From an uncultured Myxococcales bacterium (GTDB taxonomy: Bacteria; Myxococcota_A; UBA9042): 64,000 bases of DNA. The notes under the pieces were generated by a model that saw only the letters and a program-made list of their open reading frames with translations, was not told where the DNA came from and made no database searches. Position numbers and translations under genes: made by a program. Each line of letters starts with the position of its first letter. The stretch's first letter is position 1. Positions 36,137 through 46,058 of the stretch are shown one piece after another. Where the stretch lies: the NCBI GenBank assembly GCA_903896545.1, contig CAITYF010000029.1, positions 138,350 to 202,349 of the forward strand, given 5' to 3'.

Positions 36137-38410
36137 TCACGGAGGCGTGTTGTTGCACAGGCCCGGATCTGTAGGTCCGGAGACGTGGCAATAATTCATC
36201 GGACCGCACGATTGTTTCGTCAGCCACACGGCGGGTTCCCACACGAGATCGGCGTCCAGTTTGGAGCAGTTCGCCGCAGTGCCCACGCATGCCGCGTAGG
36301 ATTCCTTCTTGAGAATCGAACCGCCCAGCGCCGTCCCGTCGCACTTGTACTCGGTCTTGATCACGTCCGGCGGGCCGCATTTTGTCCCCTGGAGCATGAA
36401 CTTTCCGTTGCCATCGCAGCAGATTGAACCCGGTGTGCACTGCTGTAGGCTGACGCATTCCGCAACCGTGAGATCGGGGCTGCTGCAAGCCTCAGTCGGC
36501 AAGCACTCGGTCTGGTCGACCCACGGGCTGAAGTAGTAGTTGGTCGGGCTGTACGAGCACTGCGTGCTGACGCCACTACAGCCGAGGAAGACGTCGCGCA
36601 CCTGAACGGCGCCGCCGGGGAGGTTGTTCGAGCACGAAAACTGCTGCTGGTTGGTCGACAGGCACGGCGACGCGAGCGGCGCGAACTGGCCATCAGCGGT
36701 GCAGCATTGCGTTCCGGGCTGGCAGGGCGCGTTCAACTGGCAGTCCGCGAGATCGCCGTTCTGCACGCACTTCTCGTAGCTCTGGCACTGTTTGACCAAC
36801 GTGTACGCCGACTTGTTCAGGTTCGCGGGTTCGACCGAGCACGTCTCGTCGACGCCCGTGCAACCGGGGAACACCTGTGCGGACATGACCGATTCGACAC
36901 CGTTCGCCGACGTACACTTGCTGACCGACTTGATGAGCGCGTCGGCGCACTTGCTGCCTTGGTCGGCCCAGTCGCCGCCGCCAGTGCAGCACGTGGTGCC
37001 CGCGACGCAGACGTCCGTACAGACGGGCGGTGCATCAGCGAGCGGCAACGAACAGAGCTGGTTGTAGCCACAAGTGCCCGCCGCCTTCCAGTTGCCCCAG
37101 CTCGGGGTTGCGGCGGAACACAGCGCGGACGCGCCAGAGCAGCCAGCGACGCCGTCGTGGACCGTGTACTTACTGCCTTTTCCCGTCGTCTCGCATTGGT
37201 ATTCCGTGGCGACGACCGCAGTGCCACACGCGGTGCCGGTGGCCGCATATTGGCCATCAGCGCCACAGCAAGTTGTGCCGGGCTTGCAGACGGAAATGAG
37301 CGCGCAGGTTCCGGGCTCCGTGGAGATCGGCACATCGCATTTTTCGGTGGCGAGGCAATCCGTCGTGATCGTCCACGGCGACCAAACGGCCTTGCCGTCG
37401 CACTTGCCGGCGCTGCCGCAGCTAGCGTACTGCGAGCGGGTCACGATGGAACCACCCGCCTGCGTGCCGCCCGGACCGTTCAAGCAGTCGTACTGCGTAA
37501 AAACGGACGTCGTGCCGCAAAGCGCAGTGGCGTCGGCCAATGCGTGAGTGCAGGTGCCGTTGGTGCAGGTATCGAGCGTACACGGGTCCGCGTCGTAGCA
37601 GCCAATAGCATCGACGCAGCTGGGCGCCGGCGCGGGCGTACCTGAGCAAAGCGGAAAGACCGTCTTGTCCGGGTTCTTCTGGCAGAACGAGCCGCCCGGG
37701 CACGAGCCGATGATGCCCCAGTCCGTCCAACTGTAGTTCGCCGTGTTGCCGCTGCAGGCAGCAGTCTGTTTGCCGTCACACCCTTGAATCGCCTTGCGTC
37801 CCCAGACGTCGCTGCCCTGACAGTCGAATTCAAAGCCGATCGGCACGACGTCGCACGGCGCTTGCGCCACCTTGGTCGTTTGCTTGACCGGGTCGCAACA
37901 CACGCCCGAGGCGCAGCAGTTTTCCACCGGCACGTTGACACAGGTGTTGCTGACGCACTGCGCGCTCTTGCAGGTCGGTGCCTTGGGGCAGTCCGATTCC
38001 TGCAGGCAGCAGCCCGGAATCGGCGTGTGTTTGCAGGTGTCGTTGGCGCAGAGGTCGACTGTGCACAGGTTCTGGTCGTCGCACGTCGTGTCCGTCACGC
38101 ATTCCGGAACGTAGACGTCAGTCGGACCCGAATCTTGTGCGTCAATCGTGTCGGTTTCCGCGTCAATCGCCGTCTCGTAGAAGTCGCCAACACCGTCCGG
38201 CACCCCGTCCGGGACGTCGAGCGCCACGTCGGTAACCAGCGTGTCCTGAACGTCCGCCTTGACCACGGGCACGTCGCCCTTCGCGTCCGGCGGCTGAAAG
38301 AACAACGCGTCGCCGTCGTCGCCGCCTGCCGTGGTCGTGCCACAGCCGACACTCAGCGTGATCGCCAAAAGCGCCGCCACGTGCGGGACAAAGCACGAAT
38401 ACTTCAACAT
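36137..38410 (-). CDS. Cys-rich secreted lipoprotein built from about 6 copies of an 85-90 aa CC-containing repeat
   Basis: Internal Met at 38410 gives MLKYSCFVPHVAALLAITLSVGCG (lipobox). Repeat pattern PGT.CC..G......G..C.......Y.C........C.G....C recurs, for example PGTTCCGADGQYAATGTACG and PGTQCCTADGQFAPLASPC. Confidence 0.65.
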   Translation of the reverse strand: MLKYSCFVPHVAALLAITLSVGCGTTTAGGDDGDALFFQPPDAKGDVPVVKADVQDTLVTDVALDVPDGVPDGVGDFYETAIDAETDTIDAQDSGPTDVYVPECVTDTTCDDQNLCTVDLCANDTCKHTPIPGCCLQESDCPKAPTCKSAQCVSNTCVNVPVENCCASGVCCDPVKQTTKVAQAPCDVVPIGFEFDCQGSDVWGRKAIQGCDGKQTAACSGNTANYSWTDWGIIGSCPGGSFCQKNPDKTVFPLCSGTPAPAPSCVDAIGCYDADPCTLDTCTNGTCTHALADATALCGTTSVFTQYDCLNGPGGTQAGGSIVTRSQYASCGSAGKCDGKAVWSPWTITTDCLATEKCDVPISTEPGTCALISVCKPGTTCCGADGQYAATGTACGTAVVATEYQCETTGKGSKYTVHDGVAGCSGASALCSAATPSWGNWKAAGTCGYNQLCSLPLADAPPVCTDVCVAGTTCCTGGGDWADQGSKCADALIKSVSKCTSANGVESVMSAQVFPGCTGVDETCSVEPANLNKSAYTLVKQCQSYEKCVQNGDLADCQLNAPCQPGTQCCTADGQFAPLASPCLSTNQQQFSCSNNLPGGAVQVRDVFLGCSGVSTQCSYSPTNYYFSPWVDQTECLPTEACSSPDLTVAECVSLQQCTPGSICCDGNGKFMLQGTKCGPPDVIKTEYKCDGTALGGSILKKESYAACVGTAANCSKLDADLVWEPAVWLTKQSCGPMNYCHVSGPTDPGLCNNTPP

Positions 38411-38492
38411 CTTCTGGAACCAGCGCGCCACGCGGGCCTCCTTCGTTCGCTCGTAGTGTGCGGATCGCGAGGCGCGGATGCAAGCACTCGCC

Positions 38493-39137
38493 TTACTGCC
38501 AACGATGGACTTCCAACGAACGACACGCACCCACAAATGCGCCAAGTGCGTCAATCGCCGCGCCTTCCAGCGTCGCGCGGCAGTAGAAATAGCGCGCGCT
38601 ATCGGGCTTCCAAATTCCTGCCGCAACGTAGCGAACCGCACCGGAGCGCGCCACGACGAGGCGGCCGTTGTTGCCAATGGTCTCGTCGGTTTCAACGTTC
38701 TGAACCGGCAACGACTTGACTTCCATCTTGTCAAAGGACGCCGCCCAGTCCTTGGGCGCGCAACGACCGTCGCAGCCAGAGCCAAAGGTCATCGACGTCG
38801 ACTCACCCAAACCAGCGTTCGGCCCCGGCTGGAGTTTGCCCGGCGCATCGCCCATGACCCAAGAATCCGGGACGAGCGCGATCACGCGGTTGTACGCGTC
38901 AAACTGCGGCGCGAACTGCAACTTGTCGCGCAGGGCCGCGGGCACCCGCGCGTTCACGGTCGGGACGACGCGCGTGCGAATGTCGGCAAATTCCGCTTGC
39001 GGATCCAAACCACCGAGGGTGGGAGTCACTTCAGCCGGCAGCGCAACACTGGAAGCATCCGCGGAGGGCGGTCCCTTCGGCTGCTTTTGGCACGCAGCGA
39101 CGCTCGCGAGGAGAAGCAAGAACAGGAACCCGCGCAT
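38493..39137 (-). CDS. hypothetical lipoprotein
   Basis: Internal Met at 39137 gives MRGFLFLLLLASVAAC (lipobox). 214 aa with no recognised domain. Confidence 0.5.
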   Translation of the reverse strand: MRGFLFLLLLASVAACQKQPKGPPSADASSVALPAEVTPTLGGLDPQAEFADIRTRVVPTVNARVPAALRDKLQFAPQFDAYNRVIALVPDSWVMGDAPGKLQPGPNAGLGESTSMTFGSGCDGRCAPKDWAASFDKMEVKSLPVQNVETDETIGNNGRLVVARSGAVRYVAAGIWKPDSARYFYCRATLEGAAIDALGAFVGACRSLEVHRWQ

Positions 39138-39218
39138 CAGAACCTCCAACGCAAGCGTGGCATGCAGCTTGTGCGGCGTCCACTGCCGTTGCCCTCCCAG
39201 ACATGCTACCTTGCGAGA

Positions 39219-41801
39219 ATGCGGCGGGACGCGCCGAAGGAACCGCCGATGCCCGAATTTACCCCAGCGCCGCCCAACGACCACGCGCGCCTGCTGCCCG
39301 TGTACGCGCACGAACGCGAGCTGCTCGACGCGCTGAAGCATCACCCGGTGGTCGTGGTCGAAGGTCCGACCGGTTCAGGCAAGACGACGCAGATTCCGCA
39401 GATGCTGCTGCGCGCCGGGATTCAGGGGCGCATCGGCATGACGCAGCCCCGGCGGATCGCCGCGGTGTCGGTGGCGTGGCGCATCGCGGAGGAGCAGAAC
39501 GTCGCAGTCGGCGAGGAGGTCGGCTACGCGATCCGCTTTGACGATCGGACGAGCGACAACACGCGCATCAAGGTGATGACCGATGGCATTTTGCTGCAGG
39601 AAGCACAGCGCGACCGCATGCTGTCGGACTACGACGTCATCATCATCGACGAGGCGCACGAGCGCAGTCTGAACATCGACTTTGCGTTGGGCCTGCTGCA
39701 CGGCCTCCTGCGGATCCGTCACGACCTGCGCGTGGTCGTGAGTTCGGCGACGCTGCAGCCGGAAACGTTCATCCGCTTTTTTGGCGATCTCGGCGAGGAC
39801 GTCCCGGTGGTCCGCATCGACGCGCGGCCGTTTCCGGTGGAGATCGTCTGGCGGCCGACGGATCGCGCGGGTCCGGAAGATCTGCCGGAAGCCGTAGCGC
39901 GCGAAGTGGCGGCGATTCACCGCTCGCGCGAGCCGGGCCACGTGCTTGTGTTCATGCCGGGCGAAGACGCCATCAAGCGCACAGCGGCCGCGGTGATGCG
40001 CCATGTGCCGGCGTCGGGACGGAGCGGCGAACGGGACCTCGTGGTGTTGCCTCTCTACGGCGCGCTGACGCGTGAAGATCAGGAGCGCGTCTTTGACCGC
40101 TTCGCCGGCCAACGCAAAGTCATCGTGGCAACGAACATCGCCGAGACATCGATCACGATTGACGACGTGCGCTTTGTGATCGACTGCGGCACGGCAAAAG
40201 TGCCGCGCTTTTCCGCCCGCACTGGAATCTTGGCGCTGCGCGAGGAGGGGATTCCGCAAGCGTCGGCCGATCAGCGCTTGGGGCGTGCAGGGCGAACCGC
40301 GCCAGGCACGTGCATTCGCCTCTACTCGGAGCGCGACTACAACAGCCGACCGCGTTTTGGCGATGAAGAGATCGTGCGTCTTGATCTCTCGGAAGTCGTG
40401 CTGCGCCTCTGCGGGCTCGGCTTTTCACAGGTGGAAGACTTCGCGTTTCCCACGCCGCCCACCCGCGCTCGCCTGCACGCGGCGCTGGACGAGCTCTTTC
40501 GCCTCGGCGCCATCGATCGCGAACGGCACGTGACAGCGATCGGCAAGGAGCTGCTGCGCCTGCCGTTGACGCCGCAATTGGCACGCTGCGCGGTGGAAGC
40601 AGCGATGCGCTGGCCAGAAGCCCTGGATGACGTGCTCGCGGCGGTCGCGCTGTTGTCGGGTCGGTCGCCGCTGCAGTTTCCGCAAGGGCACGAGGACGCC
40701 GCGCGCCAAGCCCACGCGCGCTTCGCCGAACCGATGGGCGACGTCGCCGTGATGGTTTCCCTGTACAAGGCGTGGCTGAAGTCGCCCGACCCGCCGGCGT
40801 TCGCGCGCAAGTGGTACGTCGACCAACACACCTTGGCGTTCGCACAAAACGCCCACGCACAGCTGACGGAACTGGCCCACGAGTTGGGCTGGGAAGTGGG
40901 TCAAGGCGCGCCATACGAACTTCTGGCGCGCTCGCTGGCGGCCGGTTTCTCGCACCAAATCCTCGCCAACCGCGGGCGATTCTTTGAAGGCGTTGGCGAC
41001 GAGCGTTTCTACGCGCATCCCGGTAGCGTGCTCTACGCGCAGCCGCCGCGCTTTGCGGTGGCGACCGAGCTCGTCGTTTCGAACCGTGCCTACGCGCGGC
41101 AGCTTTCTCCGGTGCGGCCGTCGTGGGTGGTGGAGCTGCGCCCGGATCTGGCCGCGCGCTGGCGCCTGAAGTCCGATCGCGTCGAGGAGAAAAAGGAGGC
41201 GCCGCCCGCCCTGCCCGCCGCTCCGGTCGTCAAACAGACGCAACTCGTGTTGGGCGGCGTGACGCTGCCGATCGACTGGAAGAAGAACAAGCCGACGCTG
41301 GAAATTCCGCAGCGCGCCGTCGAGCAAATCGTGCTCTCCAACGAACAGCCGCCGCCGGAAGCGCGCCGGTGGACGGCAGGCGTGCGCGTCGGCGACCTGC
41401 TGTTTGGCCAAGGCACGCCGCTTCAGGCGCTCTTGCAGCAGTTGCCCACGATGGCGCTGCCACAGGCGGGCGTGAAGCTGAGCTGCCCGGTGCCCGAAGG
41501 CGCGCTTCTGGAAGTCGATCGGAACCTGCACACGATCGAGCGGCACCTGCCGGACCTGTTGACGCCAGCGCAAGGCGGGCAACGCCGTCCGGGCTGGATC
41601 ACGCTGGTGGGGAACGGCGGCGGCGGCTACTGGTTTGAGGTCATCACGGACTGGCGCGAGGCTGTGGAGACGACCGCGGTGTCGTTGGAAGCCTTGGCGG
41701 AGGATCTGGACGACGACGAGCCGCTGCGCCCCGAAGTGCTGGCGCGCCAGGAAACGGCGGAGGGCGTTGCGCGAACGTGGGAAGTGCGGAGGCAACGGTG
41801 A
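39219..41801 (+). CDS. ATP-dependent DEAH-box RNA helicase, HrpB-like
   Basis: Walker A GPTGSGKTT, DEAH box IIIDEAHERS, and motifs SATLQ, TNIAETSITIDDV and QRLGRAGR are present. The 860-aa length fits HrpB rather than HrpA. The start ATG at 39219 is in frame with the longer ORF-track ORF. Confidence 0.8.
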   Translation: MRRDAPKEPPMPEFTPAPPNDHARLLPVYAHERELLDALKHHPVVVVEGPTGSGKTTQIPQMLLRAGIQGRIGMTQPRRIAAVSVAWRIAEEQNVAVGEEVGYAIRFDDRTSDNTRIKVMTDGILLQEAQRDRMLSDYDVIIIDEAHERSLNIDFALGLLHGLLRIRHDLRVVVSSATLQPETFIRFFGDLGEDVPVVRIDARPFPVEIVWRPTDRAGPEDLPEAVAREVAAIHRSREPGHVLVFMPGEDAIKRTAAAVMRHVPASGRSGERDLVVLPLYGALTREDQERVFDRFAGQRKVIVATNIAETSITIDDVRFVIDCGTAKVPRFSARTGILALREEGIPQASADQRLGRAGRTAPGTCIRLYSERDYNSRPRFGDEEIVRLDLSEVVLRLCGLGFSQVEDFAFPTPPTRARLHAALDELFRLGAIDRERHVTAIGKELLRLPLTPQLARCAVEAAMRWPEALDDVLAAVALLSGRSPLQFPQGHEDAARQAHARFAEPMGDVAVMVSLYKAWLKSPDPPAFARKWYVDQHTLAFAQNAHAQLTELAHELGWEVGQGAPYELLARSLAAGFSHQILANRGRFFEGVGDERFYAHPGSVLYAQPPRFAVATELVVSNRAYARQLSPVRPSWVVELRPDLAARWRLKSDRVEEKKEAPPALPAAPVVKQTQLVLGGVTLPIDWKKNKPTLEIPQRAVEQIVLSNEQPPPEARRWTAGVRVGDLLFGQGTPLQALLQQLPTMALPQAGVKLSCPVPEGALLEVDRNLHTIERHLPDLLTPAQGGQRRPGWITLVGNGGGGYWFEVITDWREAVETTAVSLEALAEDLDDDEPLRPEVLARQETAEGVARTWEVRRQR

Positions 41802-42130
41802 GTGTTCCCAGCCTGTACACGGCGATCTGGTCGCTCGTGCGCACAATTCCGCCTGGACGCGTCATGACCTACGGACAAATCGCCACCCTCCTCGGCACGC
41901 CCCGCGCGGCACGGGCCGTCGGTTACGCGATGTTCTTCTGCAAGGACGACAGCGTGCCATGGCAGCGCGTGATCAACGCGAAGGGTGAGATTTCATTGGG
42001 TGGTCACGTGGATCGGCCGCTTCTGCAGCGCGAGTTGCTGTTGGCGGAAGGCGTCGAATTCACGGCGGATGGGCGGATCGCCTTGAAGCGGCATTTGTGG
42101 TGGCCAGAGCACGAGGAAACGGGCACCTAG
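41777..42130 (+). CDS. alkyltransferase-like (ATL) protein: MGMT-fold DNA-binding domain with Trp replacing the acceptor Cys (PWQRV)
   Basis: MGMT C-terminal domain pattern ...RVMTYGQIATLLGTPRAARAVGYAM.....PWQRVINAKGEIS. The canonical PCHRV is replaced by PWQRV, as in ATL proteins (YbaZ/Atl1 type). It overlaps the helicase 3' end. Confidence 0.65.
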   Translation: MGSAEATVSVPSLYTAIWSLVRTIPPGRVMTYGQIATLLGTPRAARAVGYAMFFCKDDSVPWQRVINAKGEISLGGHVDRPLLQRELLLAEGVEFTADGRIALKRHLWWPEHEETGT

Positions 42131-42259
42131 CAGAATCGCCGCGCGGGGCAGCTCGCGCTCCATGACCAAAGTGCCCACCCACGGAGGGTGGGAACCTCGC
42201 GATGTTCGCGTCCCGCCAACTTTCACCGCGGGCACCCGCAAAATGTCACACGAGCCGCG

Positions 42260-44089
42260 CTACTCGACGGTGACGGACTTCGCCAGATTACGCGGCTGAT
42301 CGACGTCGGTGCCCTTCAGATCGGCGATGTGATAGGCCAGCAGCTGCAGCGGCACAACCGCCACGATCGGCGCGCTCCACGGCTGAGTCGCGGGTAACGC
42401 CAGGAAGTCGTCGCACATCGCCCGGAGCTGCTCGTCGTCTGCATCGCCCACGCCGATCACCTTGCCGCGGCGAGCGAGGATTTCCGCCAGATTCGAAGCG
42501 GTCTTTTCGTAACTCGGACCACGCGGCGCCACGACCACCGTCGGCGTGTTCTCGTCGATCAGCGCAATGGGGCCGTGCTTCATCTCGCCCGCGGCGTAGC
42601 CTTCTGCGTGAATATAGCTGATTTCCTTGAGCTTTAGCGCGCCTTCGAGCGCAATCGGGTGCAGCAGTCCGCGGCCCAGATACAAGGAACTCGTCGCGTT
42701 CATGTAGCGCCGAGCCACGTCGCGCACGTGCCAATTCAGCGTAATCGCCTTGTCGACCTCCGCCGGCACCTGAAGCAGCGTCTCAATGAGCTTCTGCGCG
42801 TCGGGTTTCGTCAGGCGTTCCAGCTTGCGCCCGAGGTAAATCGCGAGCAGGTACAACGCCACCATCTGCGTCGTAAACGCCTTCGTCGACGCCACGCCAA
42901 TTTCGGGACCCGCGTGCGTATACACAACGTCACCCGCCGCGCGCGCAATCGAGGAGCCAATCACGTTGCAAATCGCCGCCGTGTGCGCGCCGCGCTCCTT
43001 GGCCTCCTTCAAGGCCGCGAGCGTATCCGCCGTCTCGCCCGACTGCGAGATCGCGATGAGCAGCGTGTGACCGTCGATCACCGGGTCGCGGTAACGGAAC
43101 TCGCTCGCCAGATCCACTTCCACCGGCACGCGCGTCGCGGCTTCGATGTAGTGCTTGCCCACCAGCCCCGCGTGCCAACTTGTGCCACAGGCGATGATGA
43201 CAATCCGACGAATGTCGTCCAGCGTGGCCTTCTCAAGCTTCAATTCTTCGAAGAAAACTTCGCCCTGCTCGACCGACGCCCGACCGCGCACTGTGTCCGT
43301 AATGGCTCGACTCTGCTCGTGAATTTCCTTGAGCATGAAGTGCTTGAAGCCGCCCTTCTCTGCAGCGACCGCGCTCCACGCGATGTGCGTCACAGGACGC
43401 GAAACCAGTTCGCCACTGCCAATGCGTGTGATCGTGTGGCTATCCGCCGTGACGACGGCCATGTCGCCGTCTTCCAGGTAGACCACTTCGCGCGTGTGGC
43501 TAATCAGCGCTGGGATATCCGAAGCGGCGTAACGCTCGCCTGGACCGATGCCCAGGACCAGCGGACTCTGCTGCTTGGCCACGACAAACCGATCCGGCGT
43601 CTGCGTGTCGACGACCGCAATGGCGTACGACCCGCGCACTTGTTCCACCGCGGCGCGCACAGCAGCGTCGAGCTTCATGCCCTTTTGAATGCCCTCGTCG
43701 ATCAAGTGCGAGAACACTTCTGTGTCGGTCTCGCTCGCGAACTTGCGCCCCTTGGCCCGCAGTTCCTCCTTCAGTTCCAAGTGGTTCTCAATGATGCCGT
43801 TGTGCACAACTGCGACGGTACCGACGACGTGCGGGTGCGCGTTCATTTCAGTCGGACGCCCGTGGGTCGCCCAGCGCGTGTGACCGATGCCCAACGTTCC
43901 CGTCACTGGCTTTTCCGCCAGGAGCGCGTCAAGGTTGCGCAACTTCCCGACGGCGCGACGCAAGTGCACAGTCTGATTGACAATGGCCAGGCCCGCAGAG
44001 TCGTAACCGCGGTATTCCAGGCGCCGCAATCCTTCGACCAAAATGGGGGCCGCTTCCTGCGGGCCGATGTAGCCAATGATGCCGCACAT
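42260..44089 (-). CDS. glmS: glutamine--fructose-6-phosphate aminotransferase
   Basis: AAGGAG RBS with the start at MCGIIGYIG (Cys after the initiator Met). Two SIS domains. The C-terminus LAKSVTVE matches the family. Confidence 0.9.
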   Translation of the reverse strand: MCGIIGYIGPQEAAPILVEGLRRLEYRGYDSAGLAIVNQTVHLRRAVGKLRNLDALLAEKPVTGTLGIGHTRWATHGRPTEMNAHPHVVGTVAVVHNGIIENHLELKEELRAKGRKFASETDTEVFSHLIDEGIQKGMKLDAAVRAAVEQVRGSYAIAVVDTQTPDRFVVAKQQSPLVLGIGPGERYAASDIPALISHTREVVYLEDGDMAVVTADSHTITRIGSGELVSRPVTHIAWSAVAAEKGGFKHFMLKEIHEQSRAITDTVRGRASVEQGEVFFEELKLEKATLDDIRRIVIIACGTSWHAGLVGKHYIEAATRVPVEVDLASEFRYRDPVIDGHTLLIAISQSGETADTLAALKEAKERGAHTAAICNVIGSSIARAAGDVVYTHAGPEIGVASTKAFTTQMVALYLLAIYLGRKLERLTKPDAQKLIETLLQVPAEVDKAITLNWHVRDVARRYMNATSSLYLGRGLLHPIALEGALKLKEISYIHAEGYAAGEMKHGPIALIDENTPTVVVAPRGPSYEKTASNLAEILARRGKVIGVGDADDEQLRAMCDDFLALPATQPWSAPIVAVVPLQLLAYHIADLKGTDVDQPRNLAKSVTVE

Positions 44090-44153
44090 GAAAACTCCTT
44101 GCCCCAAGCGAACGCGGGCTGCCGAACAGTTTGCTACCAGCCGTTCCGTTTGG

Positions 44154-45194
44154 CTACAGATCGGCGCGGACCTTTGCTACATCACGCGCGAGACCCAATT
44201 GATTCCGCGCACGCGCCAAATTGTGCTCACCGCGCGTCGAGAATTTCGCCGGGTTCCAACCAAAATACTTCTCGTTCAGCGCGTCGGCTGCAAACCGCGC
44301 CGACAGTTCCAGACAGATCCGTTCGACGCCCGGACCGATCGCTGCTCGCTCTTCCGACGTCAACCAGGCTCCCGCCACGCGCAAGTAGCCGCGTTGCGCC
44401 GCTTTGTAGGTCGCAAGGTCAAACTTCGGCTGTGGGTCGTCTTCGGTCGTCGTGTTGCACCAACTCCGCAGCGCGTCGCCCAACTCCACGTCCAGTGACG
44501 ACCGCGCCATCGTGTCCAGATCGAGCACGCCGACGACGTCCTCACCGGTGAACAACAGGTTCGAGACCTTCAGGTCTCCGTGAATCACCCGTTCCGGTAG
44601 CTGCGGGATCTCGCCCCACGCCTGCCAGCGGATATGGAGTTCTGCCGCGAGTTCCGCGACGTGCGCGTGCAATCGGTGTCCCACATGCTCCGCCAGCGCG
44701 GCTTCCAGCGTGCGGAAGTGCCCGTGCGTGTCGTGCGCCCCCGGTCGCGTAAAGTGAAACCGGTGCTGCGAATCGCGCAGCGCCGTGTGGAAGCGCGCGA
44801 CCATTTCGCCCGCGTTCTCCGCCTGCTGCGGGCTACTGAGCCGGTGCAACGTGTCGCCTGGCAGCCGCGTCAAGATTCGCCAAGCGCCGCCCCATTCGGA
44901 ATCCGGGTCATCAAACTCCACCCACGGCTCACCCGACTTCGCGAGCACGATTCGCGGTACGGGCACGCCCGCCGCCGCCAGCACAGGCGTCAGTGCCGCG
45001 ATGTCCAGATTCACTTGCGGCTGAAAGATGCGGTGCAACCGCTGCAGCACAAAGTGCCGTCCAAGCGCGAAAGTGTCGTTGATGAGCCCGCCGGACAACC
45101 GCGAAACGTGGAGGGTCTCTGCGGGCTGCGGACCGTGACCATCATCCAGGAGGCCAAAGGGCGACAGAACAGGCGAAAGGTCGAGCATCTTCAT
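44154..45194 (-). CDS. APH/homoserine-kinase-II-family phosphotransferase, directly upstream of glmS
   Basis: Brenner motif VIHGDLKVSNLLFT with a downstream DLD. Start chosen at Met 45194; the ORF opens at GTG 45239. Confidence 0.6.
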   Translation of the reverse strand: MKMLDLSPVLSPFGLLDDGHGPQPAETLHVSRLSGGLINDTFALGRHFVLQRLHRIFQPQVNLDIAALTPVLAAAGVPVPRIVLAKSGEPWVEFDDPDSEWGGAWRILTRLPGDTLHRLSSPQQAENAGEMVARFHTALRDSQHRFHFTRPGAHDTHGHFRTLEAALAEHVGHRLHAHVAELAAELHIRWQAWGEIPQLPERVIHGDLKVSNLLFTGEDVVGVLDLDTMARSSLDVELGDALRSWCNTTTEDDPQPKFDLATYKAAQRGYLRVAGAWLTSEERAAIGPGVERICLELSARFAADALNEKYFGWNPAKFSTRGEHNLARARNQLGLARDVAKVRADL

Positions 45195-45269
45195 GTGCGG
45201 AAACGTACCACGCCGGCAAAAAGCCGCCAGAGTTTGCACATACCCGCGCTTGACCTACGATCGGGGCCG

Positions 45270-46055
45270 ATGAAGCGCCTGCGCCACCAGCTTCCGTTGA
45301 TCGCCCTACTCGTGAGTCTCACGGCGTCGACGCGTGCCTTTGCCGAGTGGAAGACGATTCAGCAGGTGTCCTTGGGAACCGCGCAAGTGCTGGAGAAAGG
45401 CGCTGGTAATTTTGGCGTTTTTGCGCCGTTGGCCTATGGAATTACCAACCGGCTGACGGTAGAAACGCACCCGGTGTACGACCTCCTGCTGACGGTGAAC
45501 GCGAGCGCCCGCTATCGGATTGTCGACTCGACGCGCTGGGCGCTGTCGGGCACGGCGGACTTCCGCCAGTCGTTCTACAACGGCTCGCATTCGCCGGGCG
45601 ATCTGGCGCTGGGCGCGATAGCGACCGTGTACTTGGGCGATGCGTGGGCGCTGACTGGTGCGCTGCGGGCGGCGGAGATCCTCAATCCGGCGACGTGTTA
45701 CCATCAGGGCTTTCCGCAGCCCACGTGCGTCGATCCCGTGAACGGCGAGACGCCGTCCATCGATCACGGTGTTGCGGCGACGGCGACGGCCCACTGGCTC
45801 ATCACCCCGCGCGACCTGCTGCAACTCACGGCAACCCTGCGCATGCGGGTGTCGCCGGTGCTGGCGCGTGAAACGCCGACGGTGACCGCGGTGTGGGTCC
45901 ACGATTTCGGTCGCGTCCACCTGATGGCCGGCGCCACGGCGGGCGAGTTCTTCATCGGTCGGATGGACGCGCTCGGTTTTTCCGAGCCGGGACAGAATCC
46001 GTACTACTTTGTCACCCCCGTCATGCCCGTCGTCGACGCGTGGTTCAGGTTTTAG
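45270..46055 (+). CDS. secreted protein, putative outer-membrane beta-barrel (C-terminal Phe)
   Basis: ATG 45270 gives MKRLRHQLPLIALLVSLTASTRAFA. Alternating-hydrophobic strands are present, and the protein ends ...VVDAWFRF. Confidence 0.5.
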   Translation: MKRLRHQLPLIALLVSLTASTRAFAEWKTIQQVSLGTAQVLEKGAGNFGVFAPLAYGITNRLTVETHPVYDLLLTVNASARYRIVDSTRWALSGTADFRQSFYNGSHSPGDLALGAIATVYLGDAWALTGALRAAEILNPATCYHQGFPQPTCVDPVNGETPSIDHGVAATATAHWLITPRDLLQLTATLRMRVSPVLARETPTVTAVWVHDFGRVHLMAGATAGEFFIGRMDALGFSEPGQNPYYFVTPVMPVVDAWFRF

Positions 46056-46058
46056 CCC

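Noticed and set aside
42659-44551. 630-aa ORF antisense to glmS
   Set aside because: Artefact: glmS is unambiguous.
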